Shown: piece after piece, positions 43,431-53,638 of the stretch | Numbering within the stretch: the stretch's first letter is position 1 | Layout: each line of letters begins with the position of its first letter | DNA from: an uncultured Chlamydiae bacterium | GTDB taxonomy: Bacteria > Chlamydiota > Chlamydiia > Chlamydiales > Parachlamydiaceae | Assembly: GCA_963754655.1 (NCBI GenBank) | Contig: CAVWGN010000001.1 | Span: 2,080,001-2,144,000 of the forward strand | Direction of reading: 5' to 3' | Length of the DNA: 64,000 nt | Position numbers and translations under genes: made by a program | Notes under the pieces: generated by a model | Seen by the model: the letters and a program-made list of their open reading frames with translations, nothing else | Databases searched by the model: none | What the model was told of the DNA's origin: nothing

Positions 43431-44336
43431 TTATACCAAAAGAGACTCAATTTCTTGAATCATGGATTGAGAGAGGTTAAAATTAAAAATATCTAAATCT
43501 TGTTTCATATGGACTTCAGAGCAAGCACCAATTAAGGGAATAATTCCTATTTGAGTAAGAAATCGAAAAAAAATTTGGGCTTCAGTTTTTTTAAATTCAT
43601 GCGCAATCCTTCTCAATAGCTTATGGGCGAGGAGATCGGGATTTGCTGTCAACGTCCAAAAACTTTGGTAGATAATATTCTTGTCGTGGCACCACTTGCG
43701 TAGCATTCTATCATAATTGGTTTGTCTATAAAAGCGATTTTGTACGACAGCCGGTTTAACAAAAGCATTTTTATATAATATTTTCAAAACTTCAAGATCA
43801 TAACAATTGCTAATCCCAAGTAGCTTTGTTTCTTGCTGCTTATAAATATATTCCATAGCTTGCCAAACAACCATTAATTTTTCGATATTGTCCAAAGGAG
43901 AATGCAAGACCAAAGAGTCCACATAACTTACCTTCAGGTTTTTCTTAGAAACTTCAAACGATTGAATCACTTGTTCAGCAAGAGAAGCATTTTTATCATA
44001 AGGGATAGAAAGTGGGTCTTGACCGCTTAGAGGAGTAAATTTAGTTTGTATAAATAAATTTTCGCGTTGGATTCCATCCTCTGCGAGTGCATAAAGTGCT
44101 TCTCCCACGCCTGCTTCATTGTAGTGCTTTGGTTGACAAGCAGTGTCAATTCCTCTAAAGCCATGCTTGATTGCTTGAGTAACTAAAGCAGCAGTTCTCT
44201 CTCCTTTCCATGCTGTTCCATAAATCATATATGGCATACTAACGCCCGATAGGATTGTGGCATTTTCCAATCTAAACCTCTCAATTAAGAATAAAGGAAT
44301 ATGTGTAAAAGTATAAAAATGCAATCCAACAAACAT
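43431..44336 (-). CDS. Aldo/keto reductase (true start may be downstream)
   Basis: YGTAWK, GFRGIDTA..HYNE, FIQTKF, DSLVLHSP and LGISN motifs. Confidence 0.9.
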   Translation of the reverse strand: MFVGLHFYTFTHIPLFLIERFRLENATILSGVSMPYMIYGTAWKGERTAALVTQAIKHGFRGIDTACQPKHYNEAGVGEALYALAEDGIQRENLFIQTKFTPLSGQDPLSIPYDKNASLAEQVIQSFEVSKKNLKVSYVDSLVLHSPLDNIEKLMVVWQAMEYIYKQQETKLLGISNCYDLEVLKILYKNAFVKPAVVQNRFYRQTNYDRMLRKWCHDKNIIYQSFWTLTANPDLLAHKLLRRIAHEFKKTEAQIFFRFLTQIGIIPLIGACSEVHMKQDLDIFNFNLSQSMIQEIESLLV

Positions 44337-44418
44337 TAGATTAAAGAATACGAAATTGCAATTGAAAATAATGAGTTGCTTTTTTCCTTCAAGAAAAATT
44401 TTACTAAATATGTTAAGG

Positions 44419-44741
44419 GGTGTGTGATTAAATCTGGGAGTTTATATTTGTAAGCAGATCCATACGAAATGGTAGAGCGGCGGTAGCCGCTTTCAGTGGG
44501 AAGCCCCGTATGAAGCGAGCTTGCGAGTGGAATGCGGGGTGTAGGCAAGATAGCATTGAGCTGCGGAAGCAGCGTAAGATCACTCACACCGCTTCCGCGG
44601 TTTATATTTTATTGATGCCCACCCCGCATTCCGCTCGCAAGCTCGCTTCATACGGGGCTTCCCACTGAAAGCGGCTACCGCCGCTCTACCCTTTCGTATC
44701 GATCTGCTAAAAATATAAACGCCCAGATTTAATCACACCCG
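44419..44741. mobile_element. Fold-back element B, copy 2 (centre inverted relative to copy 1), with 8-bp direct repeat tgttaagg
   Basis: Same arms as 29099-29419. tgttaagg at 44411-44418 and 44742-44749. Confidence 0.88.
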
Positions 44742-44916
44742 TGTTAAGGATTTCAATTAATATTTCTTGACGAGATTAACTCCATAGTGAAATGTAAGGA
44801 AAAGAATCAGCTGAGTTTTGGATGAGTAGTTAAACTACTACTATTCGTTTACATGAGTTATTGCCTACTGGGAGTACTACGCGTTAATTTTCGAACAGAC
44901 AAAGGGAGGAAAAAAG

Positions 44917-45072
44917 ATGTTAAGCACTATTTTAATCATTATTTTGATTTTAATTCTGGTAGGAGCGCTTCCTCGTTGGGGACATAGTGCTCATTGGGGA
45001 TATGGCCCTAGTGGAGTTGTGGGACTGATTTTAATTATTCTCATCATTTTAGTGTTATTAGGAAGAATTTAA
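44917..45072 (+). CDS. Small membrane protein, DUF3309-like (not in the ORF track)
   Basis: MLSTILIIILILILVGALPRWGHSAHWGYGPSGVVGLILIILIILVLLGRI*, with a GGAGG RBS. Confidence 0.85.
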   Translation: MLSTILIIILILILVGALPRWGHSAHWGYGPSGVVGLILIILIILVLLGRI

Positions 45073-45125
45073 TAGTCTCGCTTTAATTTGTGTCCGATGC
45101 CTTTAGAAAATGCAAGGGAGTAAGG

Positions 45126-46796
45126 ATGGGGCCTGAAAATCATAAGCTTACTATTGGCCAATATTTATTAGATCGGCTTTATGCTTATGGAATCAGGCAC
45201 ATTTTTGGGGTGCCCGGAGATTACGTCCTTCGCTTCGACAAGCTAATTGAAGAGCATCCTCATATTCAATTTATTAACACTATAAGGGAAGATACTGCTG
45301 GTTATGCAGCGGATGCTTATGCGCGCCTGCGGGGATTAGGTGCTGCTTGTATCACGTATGGTGTAGGAATGAATATCACCAATTCCCTTGCTCAAGCTTA
45401 TGTCGAGAGCTCTCCCCTTGTTGTGATTTCCGGTGCAGTGGGAATTGAAGAATTTAAGAAACATTCTACTATGCATCATTTAATTAATAAATCAATGACC
45501 GCTCATGGAGATCGCACTCAACTTGAAATTTTCAAAAATGTGACCATCGAGCAAGGAATATTGGACTCCCCTCATACAGCGGCTGAAATAATTGATCGTG
45601 TTCTCAATGCTTGCTTGCTGCATAAAAAACCTGTTTATTTAGAAATTCCACGCGATCGAGTTGATCAAGTTCTTCCTTCTATCCCCACTTCTTCTCCTTT
45701 TCACACTTTCTCAACTGATTCTAACACATTAAAAGAAGCTTTAAGAGAAACACAAGATATTTTATCCAAATGCCGCTATCCACTCATTTGGGCTGGCCAT
45801 GAAATTCTGCGTTTTGGCTTGAGTCAAGATCTTTTACAATTTGCAGAACAACATCATATTCCAATTGTTTCTTCAAGATTAGGTAAAACAGTTGTTGATG
45901 AGCATCATCCTCTCTTTGTAGGTGTTTATCAAGGTGAAATGAGTCTTGCTGAAGTGTCAAATGTGGTGCATAAATGTGATTGTTTGATTGCAACAGGCAT
46001 TATTTTGAATGATCTTGATACAGGAATCTTTACAGCCAAGTTAGATCAAGAGCATTTCATCTTAGCTAATCAAGATTTATTAACTATTGATTGCCATCAC
46101 TATCACAAGATGAGTTTGAACGATTATATCAAAGGCTTAAATACGCTTCATTTACCTCAAACCTTTTATTCTTATGATATCCCCCAAAAGCGTTTGCCTA
46201 AAAAGTTTGAAGCTATTCCAGAAGCAAAAACGACGACCAAGCGTGTTTTCGAATGTCTTCAAACTTATTTCACTTCCGATCACATCATGATCTCTGATGT
46301 GGGAGACTGTCTGTTCGCTAGTTCTGATTTTGTTTTACATCATAACTCTTTTATTGCTTGTGCTTACTTCGCTAGCTTAGGATTTGGCATTCCTGCTGCC
46401 ATTGGAGCACAGTTAGCCGATCCCAATCGACGCGTCATTGCCCTTATTGGAGATGGTGGATTTCAAATGACAGCCATGGAGTTATCTGCAGCTATTCGCT
46501 ATCACTTGGATCCCATTGTAATTGTCTTAAACAACCATGGATATGGAACGGAAAGAGTCCTTCTCGACGGCAGTTACAATGATATTGTGAATTGGAACTA
46601 TACAGAAATTCCTAAAGTCTTAGGTGGAGGCATTGGAATCAAAGCAACAACTGAGCAAGCATTTGATGAGGCTCTTAATCAAGCCTTTATCAGCCGCGGA
46701 GCCTTTTACGTTATTGAGGTTGAATTGGAAAAACAAGATTTTTCTCCAGCCTTAAATCGCTTAGGAGAATTATTAGGTAAGATTGTCAAATCTTAA
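45126..46796 (+). CDS. TPP-dependent alpha-keto acid decarboxylase (pyruvate/indolepyruvate decarboxylase family)
   Basis: FGVPGDY, YAADAYAR, HH motif and GDGGFQMT...NNHGY TPP-binding motif. Confidence 0.92.
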   Translation: MGPENHKLTIGQYLLDRLYAYGIRHIFGVPGDYVLRFDKLIEEHPHIQFINTIREDTAGYAADAYARLRGLGAACITYGVGMNITNSLAQAYVESSPLVVISGAVGIEEFKKHSTMHHLINKSMTAHGDRTQLEIFKNVTIEQGILDSPHTAAEIIDRVLNACLLHKKPVYLEIPRDRVDQVLPSIPTSSPFHTFSTDSNTLKEALRETQDILSKCRYPLIWAGHEILRFGLSQDLLQFAEQHHIPIVSSRLGKTVVDEHHPLFVGVYQGEMSLAEVSNVVHKCDCLIATGIILNDLDTGIFTAKLDQEHFILANQDLLTIDCHHYHKMSLNDYIKGLNTLHLPQTFYSYDIPQKRLPKKFEAIPEAKTTTKRVFECLQTYFTSDHIMISDVGDCLFASSDFVLHHNSFIACAYFASLGFGIPAAIGAQLADPNRRVIALIGDGGFQMTAMELSAAIRYHLDPIVIVLNNHGYGTERVLLDGSYNDIVNWNYTEIPKVLGGGIGIKATTEQAFDEALNQAFISRGAFYVIEVELEKQDFSPALNRLGELLGKIVKS

Positions 46797-46974
46797 AACC
46801 CTGGTTCTCAGAATCTTCAAAATTTTTAATCTTATTGATAACATCATTGTTGGATAAACTTTAATTAAATTCCATTGAAATTAAAATATTTAAATTACAA
46901 CTACTTAATTATTTTTGATATAATTATATATAGTTATATAGATAGTTCATTTTTCATTTATTAAAGAGGAAACT

Positions 46975-48045
46975 ATGAGAAATTTATCATTAATTCTTCG
47001 TGAAATCCAAATAGAAGGCTATGAACAGGTTGTTGAAATTAAAAAAGAGGAAGTAGGTTTGCATGGCATTATCGCGATTCACAGTACTCGCTTAGGTCCA
47101 GCTTGCGGTGGCATTCGCGCTTATCCCTACTCTTCATTTGAACAGGCTTTGACAGATGTGTTGCGTCTAGCAAAGGGAATGACGTATAAATCAGCTATTG
47201 CACAAACAAAAACAGGAGGAGCAAAAAGCATCTTAATATTAGATAAAGCACATCCAAAATCAAAAGAAATGCTATTTGCTTTCGGTGAAGCGATGAACTA
47301 TTTTCAAGGCAGGTATTTTGGAGGTGAAGATATGGGCATTACCTCAGCCGACCTCGCTATTCTGCGCCAAGCAACTCCTTATGTCGTTGGATTAGAAATG
47401 CCTGGAAGTAGTGGTGATCCCTCTTTTTTTACTGCGTGGGGCGGATTTAGAGGCATTCAGGCAGTGTGTCAAAAATTATGGGGAAGTCCTTCAGTTCAAG
47501 GTAAAACAATTGCCGTGCAAGGACTAGGAGCTGTAGGCATGAAACTTATTCAACATCTTTTTTGGGAAGGGGCTAAGTTGATTGTGACTGATATTAATTC
47601 ACTTTTAGTTGAAGAGGCTGTGCATCACTGGGGGGCTAAAAAAGTTTCCGCAGACCAGATTTATCAAGTGAATTGTGATATTTTTTCTCCTTGTGCAATT
47701 GGAGGCATACTGAATTCAGAAACAATTCCACAATTGAAATGTCGCGCTATTGCTGGCATTGCAAACAATCAACTTGTGACAGATGAAGATGGAGAGAGAT
47801 TGATCAATAGAAAGATTTTATATGCTCCTGACTTTGTCATTAATGCTGGAGGGTTAATTAACATTTCAAGTGAAATTGGAAGGCAAAAATATGATCCTAA
47901 ACTTGCGCGTGATCGTATTGATCATCTCTATGAACTTTTACTTTCTATTTTTGATCAAGCCGACAAAGATAGAAAGTCCCCTCATCGTGTGGCTGTTGAA
48001 ATGGCAGAGTATTACTTGAAAGAACCTATAAGAAAAACTGGTTAA
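46975..48045 (+). CDS. Leu/Phe/Val dehydrogenase
   Basis: GPACGGIR, RLAKGMTYK, GGAK, EDMG, QGLGAVG and PDFVINAGG motifs. Confidence 0.93.
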   Translation: MRNLSLILREIQIEGYEQVVEIKKEEVGLHGIIAIHSTRLGPACGGIRAYPYSSFEQALTDVLRLAKGMTYKSAIAQTKTGGAKSILILDKAHPKSKEMLFAFGEAMNYFQGRYFGGEDMGITSADLAILRQATPYVVGLEMPGSSGDPSFFTAWGGFRGIQAVCQKLWGSPSVQGKTIAVQGLGAVGMKLIQHLFWEGAKLIVTDINSLLVEEAVHHWGAKKVSADQIYQVNCDIFSPCAIGGILNSETIPQLKCRAIAGIANNQLVTDEDGERLINRKILYAPDFVINAGGLINISSEIGRQKYDPKLARDRIDHLYELLLSIFDQADKDRKSPHRVAVEMAEYYLKEPIRKTG

Positions 48046-48208
48046 CTTTACCTATTATTTGCTCTATTTATTTTAATTAATTAAATTTATAAATTTTTTG
48101 ATAAAATGGGTTTTTTATAAAAAACTAGATTTTAAACTAATTAATTTAGTAGAATATATAATTAAATCTTAACAGCAATATTTTTTTTAATCATATTTAA
48201 GGAATGCA

Positions 48209-48754
48209 ATGCAAAATAAGACATTGTTTAATGGTTGTTCTATTTCTTATTCACAGTTTTTACAATCTAAAGAGCAAGCTATCCATAGCTTAAGGTTGAC
48301 AGAAGCCAAGAATTTCTTGATAGATATTGAATTTTTTAGGCGGTCCATTTCTGTGCCTGATCAAAACCTATATGCAAAAAAAAAGCGGCAAAACAAGGCT
48401 TATCGCAGCACTTTCTTTGGCTTCAGTTTGATATTTTTAATTTTGAGTATCATCATTTTTTATAAAACAGCCAATTTTACTTGCGGATATTACTTTAAAA
48501 ATTGTTTGATTATCAAAAACTGCATTAATTGTATTAGCCTTTTGCTGGCAGGAGGAGCTTTTGCCCTGGGATATAAGATTTATCCTAAGAAGGAGATTGT
48601 TCATGATTTAATTGGTAAAGGAGAAAAAGAACTTACCTTTCCAGCTAAGCAGTGGCAAATTGAATTTAATGCCATCATTGCCCATTTATCTAAAGAATGG
48701 ATAACTCCTCACAAACGCTTTGGATTAATAAAACGCTTAGATAAAGTCATCTAA
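48209..48754 (+). CDS. Hypothetical two-TM membrane protein
   Basis: 181 aa with two hydrophobic segments and an AAGGA RBS. Confidence 0.6.
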   Translation: MQNKTLFNGCSISYSQFLQSKEQAIHSLRLTEAKNFLIDIEFFRRSISVPDQNLYAKKKRQNKAYRSTFFGFSLIFLILSIIIFYKTANFTCGYYFKNCLIIKNCINCISLLLAGGAFALGYKIYPKKEIVHDLIGKGEKELTFPAKQWQIEFNAIIAHLSKEWITPHKRFGLIKRLDKVI

Positions 48755-48769
48755 AAAAACAGAAAAAAC

Positions 48770-48952
48770 TAGCGGCGGTTACCCGTGCTAATAATAACCA
48801 TGGGTACAGGCAAGGCCGGAACCCATGGTTGAGTATCAACCTTCTTTTAATCCAAAGAGTTGCGTAGGAAGGGCTTCCTATGCCCAGTTCATACCAGCTA
48901 ACCCTCTTAGAAAGAGGATGCTAGGACGCTAGCATTTTGCAAACACGCCCTA
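48770..48952. repeat. Multi-hairpin intergenic segment ending in the C module
   Basis: aaccatgggt...acccatggtt and gcgtaggaag/cttcctatgc hairpins, then taggacgctagcattttgcaaacacgccc. Confidence 0.5.
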
Positions 48953-48977
48953 CGCACTCCAAGAACATGAGAAACGA

Positions 48978-49511
48978 TTATGTTGCTGTCGCTTCACTCG
49001 CGCCCTTTTCAGAAGCTGTTGCTGCTTGTTTGAGAGCAGCACTTGCCGTGCGCCGACGAGTAGGTAATTTTTTCTTGGCAGCCACTTTATGGGGCTTATG
49101 TTCTTCTGTTTTTGCAGTTACCTTGCGAGAAGCAGCACCTTTAGTAGAGCGCTCACCCTTTTTACGCGAAACAGATTGACGAGCTGCAGTCTTGCGAGAA
49201 GCTGAGCGTTTTCCATGCTCTCCCTGATTTGAAAAAGGATGAGAGAGATCTTTAATAAGCTCGGCTCCGGATTTGGGAGCAAGCAACAAGGCTGCTGCTG
49301 CACCTATCAATCCACCAGCGACTCCTCCTAATACCATCTTCTTATTCATGATTTCCCCCTTTTCGAGCACTTGCTGCGCAACATCCTTTGCTTGATCTGT
49401 CCATCCTTGGACTGTACGACTAGAGTGCCTGAGAGCTGATAAAGTTCCTAAAATACCCGCTACTACAGCCGCACCAATGTATAGTCCTGGATTGTGATTT
49501 TCCTTTGTCAT
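48978..49511 (-). CDS. YtxH-domain protein with basic Lys/Arg/Ala-rich tail
   Basis: GGLIGAAAALLLAPKSGAEL motif, histone-like C-terminus. Confidence 0.8.
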   Translation of the reverse strand: MTKENHNPGLYIGAAVVAGILGTLSALRHSSRTVQGWTDQAKDVAQQVLEKGEIMNKKMVLGGVAGGLIGAAAALLLAPKSGAELIKDLSHPFSNQGEHGKRSASRKTAARQSVSRKKGERSTKGAASRKVTAKTEEHKPHKVAAKKKLPTRRRTASAALKQAATASEKGASEATAT

Positions 49512-49537
49512 AGAAGTTCTCCTATTTTCTATCATCC

Positions 49538-50215
49538 TTATCGTCTAGATTGAATGCCCCGCCACAAGCGATAACCCAACTGAGCCCAATCCATCATCTC
49601 ATTCGCACGCTTATTTTTTACTAAGCCTTTGGCTTGTTCAATCCAATCCTCGCCCTTTTCCTGCGCTCCATCTGTCAAATCATCGATAATATCTTGGGCA
49701 AGTGACAGCCATTTATTGGCTTTTGAACTCGCTGCTTTCGCAAATGATTTTCCTTTCTGGGTCACATCATCTGCAAAATCTTGCGTTCTGTCACTCATAT
49801 CCTCATAAGTATCCGCAAGATCCTGGCGTAGTTCTTCTCCTGATTTAGGAGCGAGTAGAAGACCTACAGCTGCTCCTACGATTCCTCCAACTAGACCTCC
49901 TATGAGTAAATCGCTAGTCGTTTCTTCCTCATCTTCTGATGTCCAGCTTTTAACCGTTTTTTTTGCACCGTCCACCGCAGATTTTGCTTTATTGGTCCAA
50001 TCGCATGTTTGGCAACCAAAGCTTTTAGCTAAAGATTTGCCTCTACTAGCTAAATCTTGTGTTTTATCAGTTAAACAATTATAGGCATCACAAATTTCCT
50101 CACGAAGCTTTTTTCCAGCTTTGGGAGCAATGAGCAAAGCGGCCACACTTCCTAACAAACTTCCTACTGCTGCACCAATAACAAATTCTTTGGTATGCAA
50201 ATGATATTGTCTCAT
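49538..50215 (-). CDS. Tandem YtxH-domain protein
   Basis: Two GxxxGxxxALLxAPKxGxxLR motifs. Confidence 0.85.
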   Translation of the reverse strand: MRQYHLHTKEFVIGAAVGSLLGSVAALLIAPKAGKKLREEICDAYNCLTDKTQDLASRGKSLAKSFGCQTCDWTNKAKSAVDGAKKTVKSWTSEDEEETTSDLLIGGLVGGIVGAAVGLLLAPKSGEELRQDLADTYEDMSDRTQDFADDVTQKGKSFAKAASSKANKWLSLAQDIIDDLTDGAQEKGEDWIEQAKGLVKNKRANEMMDWAQLGYRLWRGIQSRR

Positions 50216-50218
50216 GAT

Positions 50219-50668
50219 TTATCTCCTTTTCTTAGTTTTTTGCCATAAACGGAGGCCTATGCTGGCTAATTCGAGTATAGCTGCAACTGTTATCAATCCC
50301 CTTTCAGAGATCTTTTTTTTTTCTTCAGACTCAACGCTTGAGAGATGACTCTCTTCAGGCATAGAAGCAAATGCTTCTTTTTTAAGAGTTAATGATTTGT
50401 GTTCTAAAATCTCCCCTACATGGGATACTGCATTGAAAATGGGAGTCAAAGCAGCAACTTTTTGCTTAAAATCGACACTCAGTTGATTCGTATGTTCAAC
50501 AGCTTTTTGTGCCTGCTCCCCCACTTCACTAAGCTGTTTGCGTGTCTCCACAAGGGTTTGATTGACCTGACCCATTGTCATTCGTAATGCTTTTATCAGG
50601 GTAATGAAATACAGGACAAGAACAACAAAAGCAATTGCAATCACAGCTACACTTATATCAATAATCAT
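50219..50668 (-). CDS. DUF948 (YtxG/YoxC-like) protein
   Basis: N-terminal TM (ISVAVIAIAFVVLV) plus coiled coil. Adjacent to ytxH-like genes. Confidence 0.8.
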   Translation of the reverse strand: MIIDISVAVIAIAFVVLVLYFITLIKALRMTMGQVNQTLVETRKQLSEVGEQAQKAVEHTNQLSVDFKQKVAALTPIFNAVSHVGEILEHKSLTLKKEAFASMPEESHLSSVESEEKKKISERGLITVAAILELASIGLRLWQKTKKRR

Positions 50669-51021
50669 GCCATCCCCCCTTTTAGCTCTTAGAAGTTAGT
50701 AACAAAGACAAAATGGCTTTGTTTATTCCTCAAGCTGATTTGACACCACCTGACTTTTCAATCATTTTCCTTTATCACTAGGAATGAATTGCCAATGCAA
50801 ACTAACAAAATGAAATTTTATGGGCTATCTTTATTATAAAGACAATTTAACATTAAATTCAAACGAGAGCAATTTAAAATGAAGGAATTACCAATGCACG
50901 CTCTGTTTTTTTATAAAATCTAACTTCAATGAAATTTTGAAACTGTCTTAAAATAAGTAACATATAGCAATCAAAAAACAGAAAAGAGACCAAAAACAGT
51001 TGTTTTGCTAAATTTCAAAAA

Positions 51022-51465
51022 CTATTTAATTTTGACATAAACTAATTGCGAATCTTGTTCAGATTGACGCCAAGCATAGCATAAGCATGCCATCATGCAA
51101 ACACATGCACAAGCGGAGAGCATGGGAAGAGTAATGGGTCCCATTCCAATATTCATGTTCTCAAGGCAGCTAGGACCGGTTTGACAAAACGCAATGACTT
51201 CCAAAGCGGGATTTGCTTGTATAGCAACTTGATAGACAGCCAAGAGGCAACCTAAACAAATCTGAGGAAGGACATAAGGAATCACGGTGTAACAATTAGT
51301 CCAAATTGCCATCCCAAGGATTAACACAAGGGGATATAGGCAAACACGTTGCAACCAACAAAGATTGCAAGTTTCAACATTAAATCCTTCAGTTAAGTAA
51401 AGGCTACCAAATGTACTTAGGCAAGCCACCAGCCAAGCTGCACATAATCCACAGAATTCTTTCAT
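51022..51465 (-). CDS. dsbB: Disulfide bond formation protein (DsbB/BdbC family)
   Basis: CNLCWLQRVCLYPL, second Cys pair C.TGPSC and ITLPML motifs. Confidence 0.88.
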   Translation of the reverse strand: MKEFCGLCAAWLVACLSTFGSLYLTEGFNVETCNLCWLQRVCLYPLVLILGMAIWTNCYTVIPYVLPQICLGCLLAVYQVAIQANPALEVIAFCQTGPSCLENMNIGMGPITLPMLSACACVCMMACLCYAWRQSEQDSQLVYVKIK

Positions 51466-51584
51466 TTTTTGCTCCTTTAAAAGATATTAATATCTACATC
51501 TTATATTTCTTCTATATCTCATATTCTTCTATGCACGTAAATAAAAATTTAATAAACTTAGGCATCAAGCTAAGAGAAGCCAAT

Positions 51585-52277
51585 ATGACAATCGATACTC
51601 CCTCAAAATGGCTTTATCCTTCCTCGTTGAAAGAAGCCGAACAGGTTCAGCATGAAATAGCTGAGCGTATTATTTTAACGGATGATTTTTCTCTTTCTCA
51701 CTTCATTGGCGGCATGGATGTCAGTAATAATTTATATGATACAAACATTTATGCTTCAGCGGTTGTATTGGATAAGCAAACATTGCAATTAACAAATGAG
51801 GCAGCAGTTGCTCAATCGCAATCCTTTCCCTATATTCCAGGATTTTTGGGATTTCGAGAAGCGCCTGCTTTAGTCACAGCTTTTAAACAATTGACCCAGC
51901 AACCAGAAATCATTCTGGTAGATGGACATGGAATTAGTCATCCAAGGCGATTAGGAATTGCTACTCATTTAGGGGTTTTATTGGACATTCCGACAATTGG
52001 TGTTGCTAAATCTGTGTTAGTTGGCCATCCTGCGGGTCCATTAGGAAATGCAAAAGGAGATACAGTTCCCCTTGTATGGAAAGGGGAGCAAATTGGAATT
52101 TTCTTACGAACTAAAGTACGTTGCAATCCAGTCATTATTTCTACAGGTCATCGGGTTTCTTTGCAAAGCGCCTTAGAAATTGTTTTGAAATGTTTGACAC
52201 GTTATCGTCTGCCTGAACCCACCCGACAAGCTCATTTGGCTGCAAACCATTGCCGCAGGGAAGCTAAATCATCATAA
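51585..52277 (+). CDS. nfi: Endonuclease V
   Basis: FPYIPGFLGFRE, LVDGHGISHPRRLGIA, TIGVAKS and RLPEPTR motifs. Confidence 0.96.
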   Translation: MTIDTPSKWLYPSSLKEAEQVQHEIAERIILTDDFSLSHFIGGMDVSNNLYDTNIYASAVVLDKQTLQLTNEAAVAQSQSFPYIPGFLGFREAPALVTAFKQLTQQPEIILVDGHGISHPRRLGIATHLGVLLDIPTIGVAKSVLVGHPAGPLGNAKGDTVPLVWKGEQIGIFLRTKVRCNPVIISTGHRVSLQSALEIVLKCLTRYRLPEPTRQAHLAANHCRREAKSS

Positions 52278-52282
52278 GCATG

Positions 52283-53638
52283 TCAAGATTGAGCAGCTTC
52301 GAATTCAATCTTTTTTAAGAAGAACTTTCGGCTTTCTCCAATCACTTCTTTGGACAATCCAAGGATACCTATGAGATTGGTCATGAGCATCAAAGAAATA
52401 GAAATATCAGCAAGACGCCAAACTAAATCGACATGCATGACGGCGCCCACTGGGATCAATGCAACATAAAAGAATTTAAATCGATCTGCTTGTCGCGTTC
52501 CATATAAAAATCCAATCGCTTTTTCAGCACAACAAGCCCAAGCAAGAATTGTTGTATAAGCAAACATCACTAAAGCCACAACGACAATATAAGCTCCAAT
52601 AGAATGTCCTAATCCTTGCTGAAAGGCTTGGGTGACCATGTTTGTGCTCTGTAAACCAGATTCTTGCCAAACTCCTGTTACAAGCAACACAAGACCTGTT
52701 GTGGTGCACACAATCATGACAAGAAAGGGCGCTACCAAAGTGACAATGCCATCAATAACAGGATTGACTGTGCGGGCGCTAGCTTGCAGAATAGGCACAA
52801 TGCCTGTTCCTGCATCCGTCGCAAAGAGTCCCCGATCAAAACCAGAGGATAGGGCTTTCAACGTGCTGAAACCCAAAACTCCACCTAAAGTTGATTTCGA
52901 ATCAAAAGCAGCGTTTAACATCAGCTTCAATGCAGGCATCACTTTGTCAGCATTTAATCCTAAAATAATAAGCGCGGTACCCAAATAAAGAAAGGCCTTA
53001 AGAGGAACGACAAAAGAAGCAAGCTTGGCGACTCGTTGAATTCCGCCAAGCAAAACAATTCCTACTAAAACGGCAATGACTATTCCACAAAAAAGAGGGT
53101 TAAATCCCATCTTTTGTAAAGGTAATGTGACCGAATTCACCTGAGCAAAATTTCCAACCGTCAAAGCTCCAACGATAGTAAATGAAGCAAATAATGCCGC
53201 AAGTTTTTTAAATCCAAGCCCATCGCGCAAGTAATACATGGGCCCTCCACTATATTCTCCTTCAGCATTCAGCTTGCGGTATTTGACTCCTAAAACGCAA
53301 CTCGCATATTGAATGGAAGCTCCCAAAAAGGCCATAACCCACATCCATACCAAAGCACCTGGTCCGCCTGTTGTGAGTGCAACAGCCATTCCGGAAATAT
53401 TTCCTGTTCCAAAATTACCAGCTAAAACCGATGAAATCGCTTGGTAGTGGCTGATATTTCCTTGGCTTTGACTTTCTTTTTTTAAAAGATAAGAAAAGCT
53501 CATTTTCAATTTTGAAATTTGCACACATCTCAATTTGACTGTGAGGTATAATCCTAAAAGGACAATTGCAGGAAATACAAAGAAAAAAGTAAAGGTTTCA
53601 TTAAAATCAATCAAAAGTGTTTTAAAGCTTATATCCAT
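52283..53638 (-). CDS. Sodium:alanine/glycine symporter (AGCS, AlsT/DagA family)
   Basis: GTGNISG, GGPGALVWMW and GGPMYY motifs. Confidence 0.93.
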   Translation of the reverse strand: MDISFKTLLIDFNETFTFFFVFPAIVLLGLYLTVKLRCVQISKLKMSFSYLLKKESQSQGNISHYQAISSVLAGNFGTGNISGMAVALTTGGPGALVWMWVMAFLGASIQYASCVLGVKYRKLNAEGEYSGGPMYYLRDGLGFKKLAALFASFTIVGALTVGNFAQVNSVTLPLQKMGFNPLFCGIVIAVLVGIVLLGGIQRVAKLASFVVPLKAFLYLGTALIILGLNADKVMPALKLMLNAAFDSKSTLGGVLGFSTLKALSSGFDRGLFATDAGTGIVPILQASARTVNPVIDGIVTLVAPFLVMIVCTTTGLVLLVTGVWQESGLQSTNMVTQAFQQGLGHSIGAYIVVVALVMFAYTTILAWACCAEKAIGFLYGTRQADRFKFFYVALIPVGAVMHVDLVWRLADISISLMLMTNLIGILGLSKEVIGESRKFFLKKIEFEAAQS

